In this document: positions 11,169 through 21,958 of the stretch, piece by piece
Numbering within the stretch: position 1 is the stretch's first letter
How the letters are laid out: the number at the start of each line of letters is the position of its first letter
Assembly: GCA_963803975.1 (NCBI GenBank)
Contig: CAWDOY010000003.1
Span: 1-64,000 of the forward strand
DNA: 64,000 nt
Source of the DNA: an uncultured delta proteobacterium
GTDB lineage: Bacteria; Desulfobacterota; WTBG01; CAIYCZ01
Reading direction: 5' to 3'
Notes under the pieces: model-generated
What the model saw: the letters and a program-made list of their open reading frames with translations, nothing else
Told to the model about the DNA's origin: nothing
The model's database searches: none
Position numbers and translations under genes: made by a program

Positions 11169-11218
11169 AGCACTACTTTTAAGCCTGCAATAAATTCTTA
11201 TGTAAGCAATAACTATTA

Positions 11219-12505
11219 ATGGAAAAAATTAATAATTTCACATTTGCCATAAAAATAAAACTGATAGTTTTTTTATTATGCATTTGTTGTTTTTTAGTAA
11301 CTGCCTATATTGGCTGCTCGTATATAAACGTTAATCTTATATCAGCGCCCCTGCCCGTAACACTGCCCAAAGTTTCACCTGTTGAAAAAATCATTTCGCC
11401 GGTAAAAGCATACAACCATATTTTTAAAAAGAACGAGACATTTTACAGCGTTATGCATGGGTTTGGCTTGTCCGGCGCTCAAATTTCAGAACTGGTAGCA
11501 GCAGCAAAGCCGAAACATGCGCTCACCCAAATCAAAGCGGGACAGACCATAACCGTACTTTTTAACGCTGCCTCCAAAGAGCTGCTGTCCTTACAGCATG
11601 ACATTGATGGTAAATCCCGTCTTCTGCTCAGGAAGGATACGCAAGGTTACCGGGCACTCATTGAGCAGGTGCCTCTTACTGCAAGGATTAAAACCGTTTC
11701 TGTGCAAATCAGCAGCAGCCTGTATGAGGACGGAATCAGGGCAGGTCTTTCCCCTCAGAAAATACTCGAGCTGACCGATATTTTCCCATGGGATATCAAT
11801 TTTTTTACTGATCTGCATGACAATGATTCATTTAAAGTCGTTTATGAAGAAAGCTCAAAAGATGGCAGGGTCGTGGCAACAGGAAAAATTGTTACCGCTG
11901 AAATCAGAAAGAACGGCACAGCGTATCAGGCCTTTTACTTTGAGGCGGAAACAGGCACGGGGGCCTATTATGATAGAAACGGCAAATCCCTGCAGAAACA
12001 GTTCCTTAAATCACCGCTCAGATTCCGTCGCATAACATCCGGCTTTTCAAAACACCGTTTTCACCCCATCCTTCAGGAATATCGTCCTCACTATGGAATC
12101 GACTATGCAGCACCGTCAGGAACACCTATAGAAGCTGTTGCTGACGGAGTGATAACATTTTGCGGAAGGAAAAACGGCTTTGGCAACTGCCTTGAAATAC
12201 GCCACGGAAAAAGCTATGTGAGCAGCTATGGTCACCTGTCAGGTTTTGCCCGGGGCACACGCAAAGGACGCGCGGTGACACAGGGAGAGGTGATTGGCTA
12301 TGTGGGTGCCACGGGGCTGGCAACCGGGCCGCATCTGGACTACCGGCTCTGCAAAGCCGGGCACCCCGTTAATCCGCTTTCTATAAAAAATATTATTATT
12401 CATGAGGTATCACTGCAGCATCTGGACAGCTTTAATAAAACCGTAGACCTGCGATTAGCGCAGCTTTCCTCAGATACTTCGTTAACACAGGTGGCCAGCA
12501 AATAG
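11219..12505 (+). CDS. M23 family peptidoglycan endopeptidase (MepM/OapA-like)
   Basis: N-terminal TM segment, HYGIDYAAPSGTP, YGHLS, VGATGLATGPHLDY. Confidence 0.9.
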   Translation: MEKINNFTFAIKIKLIVFLLCICCFLVTAYIGCSYINVNLISAPLPVTLPKVSPVEKIISPVKAYNHIFKKNETFYSVMHGFGLSGAQISELVAAAKPKHALTQIKAGQTITVLFNAASKELLSLQHDIDGKSRLLLRKDTQGYRALIEQVPLTARIKTVSVQISSSLYEDGIRAGLSPQKILELTDIFPWDINFFTDLHDNDSFKVVYEESSKDGRVVATGKIVTAEIRKNGTAYQAFYFEAETGTGAYYDRNGKSLQKQFLKSPLRFRRITSGFSKHRFHPILQEYRPHYGIDYAAPSGTPIEAVADGVITFCGRKNGFGNCLEIRHGKSYVSSYGHLSGFARGTRKGRAVTQGEVIGYVGATGLATGPHLDYRLCKAGHPVNPLSIKNIIIHEVSLQHLDSFNKTVDLRLAQLSSDTSLTQVASK

Positions 12506-12539
12506 GCCATTGGTGTTACCCGGCAAACAATGCCCCGGC

Positions 12540-15180
12540 CTATTTGAAATGATTGCGCCGCGTTTTGTCCTTTACGGCTATCAGCCTCATGCCGTTGAAA
12601 ATGACCAGAAGAGATGTTCCCGTATCAGCAGCCACTGCCATCCACAGATTAGCCATCCCTGAAAATACCAGCATAATAAACAGCACCTTGACTGCTATGG
12701 CAAAGCAGATATTGGTTTTAATAGCAATGCGGGTTTTCCGCGCCAGGTGAATAAGAAACGGCAGCTTCAGCAGATCATCAGACATGAGTGCAATATCAGC
12801 GGCTTCCAGGGCGGTATCGGTTCCGGCCACACCCATGGCAATGCCAACAGTTGAGGCTGCAAGCGCAGGAGCATCATTGATGCCGTCACCCACCATCGCT
12901 GCGGAGCCATACCGGGATACCAGCGTGTGCACAGCGTCGACCTTTTGTTCGGGGAGCATCCCGGCGTAGTATTCAGCTATGCCCAGGCTGCGAGCCAATG
13001 CAAAAACGACCTTTTCAGTATCGCCGCTGAGAAGCGCCAGGTGCTTAATGCCGAGTTGCTGAAGCTCTTCCATACATGTTTGTGCTTCCCGGCGCGGGCT
13101 GTCTGCAAAACCGATAATTCCCTGTATACTCCCGTTCTGGACGAGAATAGCGGACTTTCCTGCATGCTCCAGACGCTGCAAATGTTTTGTGTAATGGTCA
13201 GTCGGCAGACCCTGTTCAGTAAAAAAAGCGCTATTGCCGGCGAATCCCCAGTCACCATCAATGCGTGCTTTTATGCCTTTGCCGGGGAACGAAGTAAAAT
13301 CTGCCGGTTCCTGATATTGCACACCCTCCAGAGCGGCCTTCTTGTATGACAGCTTTTGCCAGCGGATGCTCTGAGAGCAGTTCAAGTGATGCAGCAATGC
13401 CCAGCAGGTCTCGATCTGATGTGCTGTTGAGCAATATCAGGTCTGTTACCTCAAGGCGGGATCTGGTAAGGGTTCCGGTTTTATCAAAGGCAATTGCCGT
13501 GATGCCTGCCATCGCTTCAAGATAGGCACCGCCTTTTATCAAAATGCCTTTCCGCGATGAGCAGGCTATGGCCGAAACAATTGCCACCGGCGTTGAAATG
13601 ACCAAAGCGCAGGGGCAGGAAATCACCAGGAGCATCAGTCCCCGATAAAACCATTCTATGAACGGCTGGGATAACAGCAGCGGCGGGAAAACCATGACCG
13701 CCACGGAGCAGGCTATGACCAGGGGCGTATAGACTTTAGAAAACGTATCAACAAAATGCTGGGATGGGGCCTTCTGGGACTGGGCTTCTTCTATAAGATG
13801 GATAATCCGGGAAAGCGTTGAATCTTCAACACGCTTTTCTACTTTTATTTCCAGAGCTCCCGAAATATTAATGGTGCCGGCAAATACCCGGGATCCGCTC
13901 TGTTTGTCTATGGGCACAGATTCTCCGGTGATGGGCGCTTCATTTACCGAGGAATCACCCTGTATGACACTGCCGTCAACGGGGATCCGGCTGCCTGGTT
14001 TAACCACAATAACATCATTTACATTCAATTCTGCAAGGGAAACTTTTTTTAAGCTGCCGCCCCTCTTCACATGTGCTTCACGCGGCGCAAGGTCCATGAG
14101 CTGACGCAGCGCGTTTCTGGTTTTATCCAGGGTGTATGATTGCAGAAGGTTACCCAGGGAAAACAGGAATGAGACCATCGCCGCTTCTTCCAATTCACCG
14201 ATGACTATTGCTCCAATGACGGCAAGTGTCATGAGCACGTTCATATCCGTTGTTTTTGCCCGTACCGTGTAAAAACCGCTCCGTGCCGCATAGAAGCCGC
14301 CGGTTATTGTTGCCAGCAGATAACAGAGATGAACTGCGGTAAACTGAAACATGCCTATGGCAAAGAGCAGTGCCGGCGGGTCGTCTTTGAAAAGCGATGC
14401 CGCCATTGCGCAGATGATAAAAAGCCCGGAGAGCAGGGTGAGAAGCAGGCGAGCATTGTTGATGCTGAAAAAACCGGTCAGACGCTTTTTCATCTCAGCG
14501 TCATGCACTTTTGCGCTGTATCCGGATTTTTCTACAAAAGCAATTATCTCGGCACGGTTGATCAGCGTTGGGTCATGCTTTACGGTCAGGGTAGCGCTGG
14601 TGAAATTAACGTCCGCCTGTTCAATGCCATCACAGAGGGATAGTTTTTTTTGCAGCTTGTGAGCACAATCCGGGCAATCGAGGCCTGATAGCATAAAAGA
14701 CGATGTAGAACCGGATGTTGATACGATCGATACTGCCGGTTCGTGATATTGGTAGCCTGCCTTTTGTATGGTGGAAAGAATTGCCGGGAGAGCAATTGCT
14801 TCCGGTTCATATTCAAGCCAGATAGTTGAGGCGGCAAAATTGAGAGAGGCCCAGGTGACTCCCTGCAGTTTGGATATGCGCTGTTCGAGTTTTACCGCAC
14901 AGTCAGGGCAATCGAGATTTTCTATAAAATAGTGCTTGTGATCATAATGTTTTTGAATGCGCACTCCCTGCCGAATAATGAAATTTTCAATACTTTCCAA
15001 TGAAGTAAAATTGGGATCATAGGTTATCTGCAGCTGGCATGGTTCTCCTGCTGCTGCAACGGTATGTATGCCCTTGAGACGTTTTATATCATCCATCAGC
15101 CGGGTCGTGCAGTTGAAACATTCCCCGCTCTCCCTGATAGACAAGGGAATTTTTATATACTTCTCCTCAACCACACCCAT
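12540..15180 (-). CDS. cadA: P1B-type heavy-metal (Zn/Cd/Pb) ATPase, frameshift near 13340
   Basis: N-terminal CxxC metal-binding repeats (CFNC, two CPDC), TGES, SCPCAL, DKTGT and SEHPLA. The downstream frame holds LSGD and MVGDGINDAPALA. Confidence 0.88.
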
Positions 15181-15245
15181 ACTGCACCTTTGTAATCTGC
15201 CTTATAGTAGCATAGCTGCGCATATAACAGCCTGATAGCCTTTGG

Positions 15246-15602
15246 TTACTCACGTTCCCGAACATGAACCAGCCCTTCATTAAACAAGTGCCTTATATGA
15301 TCATCGTCAAGGCTGTAAAAGGCGTTTTGGCCTTCACGCCGCACTTTCACCAGCCGCAGATTCCTCAGCACTCTCAACTGGTGCGATATGAGCGAGTTGG
15401 TTGCCCTGAGGATCGAGGCAATGTCACAGACACAAAATTCCTGTTTTGCCAGGAGGTTTATTATGTTCAGGCGGGTCGGATCTCCCAGGACCTTAAATGT
15501 TTCTGCCAGCTCCTGCAGGGTTCCGGGTGACAGCAGGGATTGTTGCAGCGCGCTAATCTTCTCTGGAGCGAGATGTTTTAACTGGCAGCGTTTCAGGCTC
15601 AT
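15246..15602 (-). CDS. ArsR/SmtB/CadC family metal-sensing repressor
   Basis: FKVLGDPTRLNI, EFCVCDIA, ISHQLRVLR, and C-terminal DDHI..HV.E resembling the alpha5 site. Confidence 0.9.
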   Translation of the reverse strand: MSLKRCQLKHLAPEKISALQQSLLSPGTLQELAETFKVLGDPTRLNIINLLAKQEFCVCDIASILRATNSLISHQLRVLRNLRLVKVRREGQNAFYSLDDDHIRHLFNEGLVHVRERE

Positions 15603-15621
15603 GGGATTATTGATAAATAAT

Positions 15622-15635
15622 TGAACATATATTCA
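15622..15635. promoter_or_regulatory. SmtB/CadC-type operator core TGAACATATATTCA
   Basis: TGAA-N6-TTCA inverted repeat 20 nt upstream of the repressor start. Confidence 0.65.
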
Positions 15636-15805
15636 TATATCAAATAGATTATTATAATAGTCAAGGAAATATTTTAAAGTAAGGGGGGGTAGGGAGAAGA
15701 CGAGTAATGCGCTCTATGGCTCAATGGGTATTCGGCAGCGAACCGTGCTAAGTGCTTAGATTCGCAAATACGGTGACATAGGGGATCCAAAAAAATGCCC
15801 TGCAA

Positions 15806-15874
15806 TGCTCACTCAGCCCTTCGATAAGCTCAGGGCGGTGAGCCAGTCTAACCGCACTAAGTCCTGAGTGAGTA
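15806..15874. repeat. Nested palindromic (REP-like) element
   Basis: Outer IR CTCACTCAG (15808-15816) / CTGAGTGAG (15864-15872) encloses GCCCT..AGGGC and GCGGT..ACCGC hairpins. Confidence 0.6.
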
Positions 15875-15904
15875 AATTCGACACCTAATTTATGAATCGT
15901 AGGA

Positions 15905-17811
15905 CTATGCATGGTGCAAACGTGCAGGTAACGAAGGAGCTGGGTTATGCCTGGTTGCGCAAAACGGGCATATTATCCAATCCTGCTGCAATGGTTTTCC
16001 GCAGAATTTACAGTCCGACTTTATGAGCTGGCCACAGTGGGGGCATTGTTCAGCGTCGGGCATGACGATTTTGGAGCAGCTGGGGCACACGCCATCTTTA
16101 TCCATACTGTCTTTGGACAGATAGACCACCCGGGTAAGCTCTTCAATGGTCGTAATGCCGGCAGCAACTTTTATTAAACCATCCAGGTAAAGGGGGGTCA
16201 TCCCGGATTCCAGGGCGGCTTTCGCTATATCATTCTCCGGAGCATCTCCTGCTATCATATCTCTGATTTTACTGTTGATCGTTAAAACTTCAAACACCCC
16301 GGTTCTCCCGCTATAGCCGGTTCCATTACAGCGCTTGCATCCTTTGCCACGGTAAAGCTTGTTATTGTTTACCCGGTTAAAACCCATTTTACCAAGCTCC
16401 TCATCCGCAGGAGTATATTCCTCTTTACAGTGCGGGCAGATTTTTCTCACCAGACGCTGCGCAATAATGCCGTTAAGCGAAGATGCAATTAAATAGGACG
16501 GCAGGCCCATGTTTCTGAGTCTCGATATTGAGGAAACAGCATCGTTGGTGTGCAGCGTAGAAAATACTAAATGGCCGGTCATGGATGCCTGAAAGCCAAT
16601 CATGGCTGTTTCACTGTCCCTGATCTCTCCTACCATTATAACATCAGGGTCCTGACGAAGTACCGAACGGAGCGTATACGCAAAGCTAAGCCCGGTTTTT
16701 TCATTCACGCTCACCTGATTTACCCCTTTCAGCTCATATTCAATAGGGTCTTCGATGGTGATGATATTTATCTCTTCCCCTTTAATATGTTCTATCATTG
16801 CATACAGGGTTGAGGTCTTCCCTGACCCGGTAGGGCCCGTTATAATGACAACCCCCTGGGGCCGGTCGATCATCTCAATAACGCGGCTCTCGTCCTCTTT
16901 GAGAAAGCCGACGCTATTAAGGTCTGATACTGCAGACCTGGGATCGAGAATACGCATGACCACCGTCTCACCGTATTGCGTCGGGAGCGAGGATACCCTT
17001 ATATCGAGCGCTTTGTCTCCGACGCGTACCTTAATTTTGCCGTCCTGGCAGACCCGCCGTTCAGCGATATCCATGCCTGACATGATCTTAATACGTGAAA
17101 CAATCGGTCCCTGTACCCATTTGGGAAGCTGCATGGATTCCCGCATCAGGCCGTCAACACGTAGCCTTACTTTTATCCATCGCTGCTGCGGTTCCAGATG
17201 CACATCGCTGGCCCCATTCTCAATCCCATGGATAATGATTGAGTCGACCATCTTGATGATAGGCGGGGCGGAACTTTTTTTTACGTGGTCAGCAATATCC
17301 CGCGTAGGATCAGCATCATGAATTACTTCTATATTTTTTTTTTTATGGCAAGGTCATCAATGAGGTCATTTATGGGCGGGGATAAATTGTAATGGATGCG
17401 CATTGCCTCTGCTATATCTGAGGGAGTAGCAACGCACGGCTGCAGCTGCAGGCCGGAAGAAAAACGCACGTCATTGATGGCATTGAGATCCAGGGGATCT
17501 TCCATTGCTATCTTTAAAACATGATGGTCCCGGCACAGGGGCAGTACATGATATTTTTGGGCAAGCTTTTCATTAATAAGATTAATGGCGTCAGGATCAA
17601 CCGGATAGGAAGAAATATCCACAAACGGGATGTTTAACTGGTAGGCAAGGGTCTGTGCTATATCAAGTTCAGTGGTATAGCCTTTTTTGACCAGGAGCGT
17701 TCCGATCCGCAGGCCCCGGTTCTTTTTGCTGTCTTTGAGCACACTTTCAAGCTGTTCATCAGTAATGAGGCCTGCTTCGACGAGGAGTTCGCCTATTTTT
17801 TTTGCTGCCAT
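15905..17811 (-). CDS. PilB/GspE-type secretion ATPase with N-terminal MshEN domain and C-terminal double zinc ribbon; frameshift at an A11 tract (17334-17344)
   Basis: KKIGELLVEAGLIT..RIGTLLVKKGY (MshEN-like), ASDVHLEP, GPTGSGKTST, TIEDPIE, LRQDPDVIMVGEIRD, STLHTND, and a C-terminal CxxC x4. Confidence 0.88.
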
Positions 17812-17874
17812 CTGGTTTATTGCTTTCTATAAAAAAGGTGATGCATCTGTGGTGTGGGCCGACCGGCATTATTT

Positions 17875-18861
17875 TTATGCGGAATACTCTAACGCGGCTG
17901 CTGCATCCGCATCGGGCAGAATCTGCTGAGAGCCTCTTTGCTGGTTTAGAACGAGTTTAAAATGCTTCACCACTTCAGGATCAAACTGGGTTCCCGTACA
18001 CCGGTCCAGTTCTTCGAGAGCTTTCCATGTTGGCATGCCGGCCCGATACGGCCGATCAGTTACCATGGCATCATAGGAATCAGCAACAGCTATAATGCGA
18101 GCACCCATGGGTGGCACAGCAGTCGCATTATTTTTAGCCTCACCGGGGGCAAAATGTTGGTGGTGGGCAAGCACCAAGGGTACCGCTTCGCTCAAAACGT
18201 CACCCACCGAGGAGAGCAGTTGCGCACCTTTTTCAGTATGCGACGACATGAGCGCTTTTTCATCTTTGCTCAATTCCGCAGCCTGGCGTATGAGCTCGCT
18301 GCTGACCTCAACCTTGCCAACATCATGCAGCAACGCCGCAACCTTTATATTCTCAACTTCATGGAGATTCAATTTCATTGCCTGAGCAATACTCGTGGCA
18401 TGTTGAGAAACCCGGACCGAGTGGCCCTGGGTATATTTGTCTGCAGATTCGATATATTTTGACAGGATTTCCAGTATGCCGATATAGGCAGCTCTTAATT
18501 GATGGTATCTTTTTTCATTTTCTTCATGGAGATGGCCCACTATTATTGATGAGAGCGTTAAAAAGCTGCCCCAGGAGATGAGGGTAATGGTAAGGGAAAG
18601 GATCGATTGAGAGGGCTTATAACTTTGCGGGAACATGATCACATAAAATGAAACTGAGGCTATGCTTAAAATACTGGTCAGCACTGCCTTTCTTTTGCCA
18701 AGAATAAATCCGGCCACCAGTACCGGCAGGTAAAAGAGATTGAGCAGGGCTATTTTCTGGTCAATAAAATAATTGAGTGAAATAACAGACACTAATATAA
18801 ACAGGACCAGCAGCTGCTCAAAATTATTTAATATATAGGACTTAATGCGTGTCATCATCAT
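17875..18861 (-). CDS. Membrane-anchored HD-GYP-like phosphohydrolase
   Basis: About 4 N-terminal TM segments, YTQGHSVRV, LLHDVGK, IIAVADSYDAMVTDRPYR, GTQFDPEVV. The GYP loop is not recognisable. Confidence 0.85.
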   Translation of the reverse strand: MMMTRIKSYILNNFEQLLVLFILVSVISLNYFIDQKIALLNLFYLPVLVAGFILGKRKAVLTSILSIASVSFYVIMFPQSYKPSQSILSLTITLISWGSFLTLSSIIVGHLHEENEKRYHQLRAAYIGILEILSKYIESADKYTQGHSVRVSQHATSIAQAMKLNLHEVENIKVAALLHDVGKVEVSSELIRQAAELSKDEKALMSSHTEKGAQLLSSVGDVLSEAVPLVLAHHQHFAPGEAKNNATAVPPMGARIIAVADSYDAMVTDRPYRAGMPTWKALEELDRCTGTQFDPEVVKHFKLVLNQQRGSQQILPDADAAAALEYSA

Positions 18862-19227
18862 TCCCCTATCCTTAGTTTGTTTTGGAGCAATTTTTCTTAT
18901 TGGTTTAATTATTCGGCATTAGAGATAAATTCTTGAGTTGTAAAAAGGATTATTATTTGCATTCATTTTGAGCGAGTTCTGCATGTAATATAGATTATTT
19001 TACAGGGTAACTAACGATATTAGACGATTTGTTAGCGCTCGGCAGAAATATGTGCTCAGAAGGGAAATAAATCAATCTACGTCGACGAAGGAAAAAAGGA
19101 AGATGAGGAATATTTCAATAGTTAATTAAAAAGAAATACTTTTGAAAGAAGCAAAGATTTGTGGTACCAATGAAAACCAATACATTCCTGATAGTGAAAG
19201 ATATTTCATATAATGGAGGGCTATGCC

Positions 19228-20169
19228 ATGCCGCAGGTTAGATTAAGCAAGGAAGCAGAGAGAACACTACAGAAAATTATTGCCATCTGGCCGCAGATTA
19301 TGCATCAGCAAAGAAAAGAGAAAATACTCACTATGCTGTCTTTGCTGATGGGCGCGCGAAAAGCCCGCATTGCTGATCAAGCCCTCGTTATTGAGGCGGT
19401 AAAACTTATTGTTCCCAAATCCTATGACCCGTTTTTTCATATGATGGAAAATATGGAGAAGTTCAAGCGGCTGACCCTTGATCCGTTTGATGATATGCAG
19501 GCGTATGCGGCACTGCCCATACAAGTAAAAAGATGGAAGTCTCCACGGCGCTCGCATAAGAAGGCCACGGCAAAAAAGAAAAACGTCATAGCATTCTGCG
19601 CCAGTCCCCGCAGGGGCGGCAACACTGACATTTTAATAGATGAAGCCCTGTGCGGGGCTCGAGATGCTGGATGTGAGACGGAAAAAATTATGCTGCAGAA
19701 GATAAAGCTTGGCTACTGTATTGGCTGCAGGAAATGCAAAGACAAGGGCTATGAGGGGATGTGCACGGTAAAAGATGATATGACACCACTCTACCAGAAA
19801 ATTATAGATGCAGATGCGATTATCATTGGCTTTCCTATTTATACCGGGCGGGAATGTGCCCAGCTGTCAACATTCATGGACCGGTGGGACTGTTTTGAGC
19901 GTTTTAAATTTGGCGCAAAACTACAGCCCGGAAGAGTTGCGCTGGTTATCGGAACCTGGGGCTATGCCTATGATGATACCTATGATCATATCATTGAAAA
20001 TATCATGGTCATTTTAAAGCTGCACAAGATAGAGACCGTTGAGGCACTCTCTGCCTGCGGTTTTGAAGGCATTCTCCACGGGCTTGATGAAAAGCGCAGG
20101 GGCGTCATCGCAAAGTTTCCCAAAGAGCTTAAGAAAGCCTATGATGCCGGAGCAGCACTGGTTACATAA
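19228..20169 (+). CDS. Iron-sulfur flavoprotein / FMN-reductase family protein with an extra N-terminal domain
   Basis: ASPRRGGNT, CIGCRKC..C and DADAIIIGFPIY; about 115 extra N-terminal residues. Confidence 0.82.
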   Translation: MPQVRLSKEAERTLQKIIAIWPQIMHQQRKEKILTMLSLLMGARKARIADQALVIEAVKLIVPKSYDPFFHMMENMEKFKRLTLDPFDDMQAYAALPIQVKRWKSPRRSHKKATAKKKNVIAFCASPRRGGNTDILIDEALCGARDAGCETEKIMLQKIKLGYCIGCRKCKDKGYEGMCTVKDDMTPLYQKIIDADAIIIGFPIYTGRECAQLSTFMDRWDCFERFKFGAKLQPGRVALVIGTWGYAYDDTYDHIIENIMVILKLHKIETVEALSACGFEGILHGLDEKRRGVIAKFPKELKKAYDAGAALVT

Positions 20170-20194
20170 TAACTGAAGACGGAGAAGGAATAGT

Positions 20195-20659
20195 ATGAAT
20201 TATGCAGAACGAGCGGCGGATTACTTTGCCCGGGGATTCAACTGTTCGCAGTCAGTGCTTGCGGCGTATGCTGAGCAGTTCGGGCTGACAGAAGAGCAGG
20301 CATTAAAAGTGGCCGGTGGATTCGGCGGCGGCATGGGCCGCATGGCAGAGACCTGCGGTGCGGTAACCGGTGCCATTATGGTCATTGGATTGAAGTTTGC
20401 CAGCACAACTCCGGGGGATATTCAGGGCAAGGAAAATGCCTATGCAGTGGTACGGGAATTTGTTCACCGGTTCAAGGGCAGAAATGTGACTGTGCTGTGC
20501 CGGGAGCTCCTTGACTGTGATATCAGCACCCCGGAAGGCATGAAGCGTGCGCAGCAGGAGAAGCTTATTAAAAAGTGCTGCCCGAAGTTAATCCAGGACG
20601 CTGCAGAGATACTTGATCAGCTTATTGAGTTGTGGCATCCGAAGGAAAGCAGGGAATAG
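20195..20659 (+). CDS. C-GCAxxG-C-C family putative redox protein
   Basis: GFNCSQSV, GFGGGMG..TCGAVTG, LCRELL, CC. Confidence 0.88.
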   Translation: MNYAERAADYFARGFNCSQSVLAAYAEQFGLTEEQALKVAGGFGGGMGRMAETCGAVTGAIMVIGLKFASTTPGDIQGKENAYAVVREFVHRFKGRNVTVLCRELLDCDISTPEGMKRAQQEKLIKKCCPKLIQDAAEILDQLIELWHPKESRE

Positions 20660-20710
20660 GGTATGGGGATACGTGATTAGGAATACAGGTTAACCGGTAA
20701 AATTATCTTC

Positions 20711-21941
20711 ATGAACGAATTAGCAATTTTATTTGCTCTCATCATTGGATTTGCTGCCGGGCTGGCTGCAGCGTATATTTTACGTCTGATGCAGGGAAAG
20801 ACGGCCCGGGAATTTGCCGATGAGCTGTTTCGTGAAAGCGAAATGCAGCGCAAAGCGCAACTGGATACGGTGATAGAGAATGTGAAGGCAAGCTTTGGCA
20901 GCATGTCGCTCGAGGCGCTGTCAAAGTCAACAGAGGAATTTCTCAAGCTGGCCAAAGCACGGCTTGAATCCGAGCGGGAGGTCGGTGCCAGGGAACTTGA
21001 TGCCAAAAAGGGTCTCATCGACCAGCAGCTGCTGCGGATGACCGGGGAACTGGAGAATGTTTCAAAATTGATGCAGAGCCTGGAAAAGGACCGTGTGGAA
21101 AAATTTGGAGAGCTTGCAAGCCATTTAAAAATTGTCGGCGAGCAGACCAAAGCACTTACCCAGAGCACCAGCACGCTGCGCGAAGCTCTGGCCAGCACCA
21201 AGGCGCGCGGGCAGTGGGGTGAGCGGATGGCGGAAGATGTCCTGCGCATTGCGGGCTTTATCGAGAATGTTAATTACCTGAAGCAGAAGACCATTGCCGG
21301 AACAGGTTCGCGGCCTGACTTTACCTTTCTGCTGCCGCGGGAACTCCGGCTCAACATGGATGTTAAATTTCCCCTGGACAATTATGTCAGGTTCCTGGAG
21401 GCTCAGGTAGAAACGGAAAAGGTAAAATTCCGCGCAGATTTTCTCCGGGACGTCAAGGGTAAGATCAGGGAAGTTGCGACGCGCGATTATATTAATCCTG
21501 AGCAGAACACCGTTGACTATGTGCTGCTGTTCATCCCCAATGAACAGGTGTATGCGTTCATCCATGAGCAGGACAGCTCAATGCTTGAGGATGGGATCAA
21601 AAACCATGTTATTTTCTGTTCCCCGGTAACGCTGTTTGCAGTGCTTGCCGTTATACGGCAGGCGGTTGACAATTTTGCCCTGGAGAGGACGTCCCATGAA
21701 ATATTGTCACTGCTTGGTTCTTTTAAAAAGCAATGGGATGAATATATAAAAAAGTTTGATATGACTGGGCAAGCGTATTGAGGATGTGCGGAAGGAATAT
21801 GATGCCCTTCTGACTACCAGGCGTCGGCAGGTTGAGCGGCCCCTGCACAAAATTGAAGCCCTGAGAACCCAGCACGGACTGCCGCCGGCGCCGGATGATG
21901 AAGAAATCATCATCAGTGCCGAAGAGCTGGAAAGCCCGTAG
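20711..21941 (+). CDS. rmuC: DNA recombination protein RmuC (frameshift near 21765)
   Basis: N-terminal TM, RGQWGE, RPDF, DVKFPL, DYVLLFIPNE, SPVTL. The shifted frame continues GKRIEDVRKEYDALLTTRRRQVERPL to TAG at 21941. Confidence 0.88.
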
Positions 21942-21958
21942 GAGGCTGCACGTCATTC

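Noticed and set aside
18862..19212. c-di-GMP riboswitch upstream of the HD-GYP gene
   Set aside because: AT-rich spacer with no recognisable GEMM motif by eye; an Rfam scan would be decisive.
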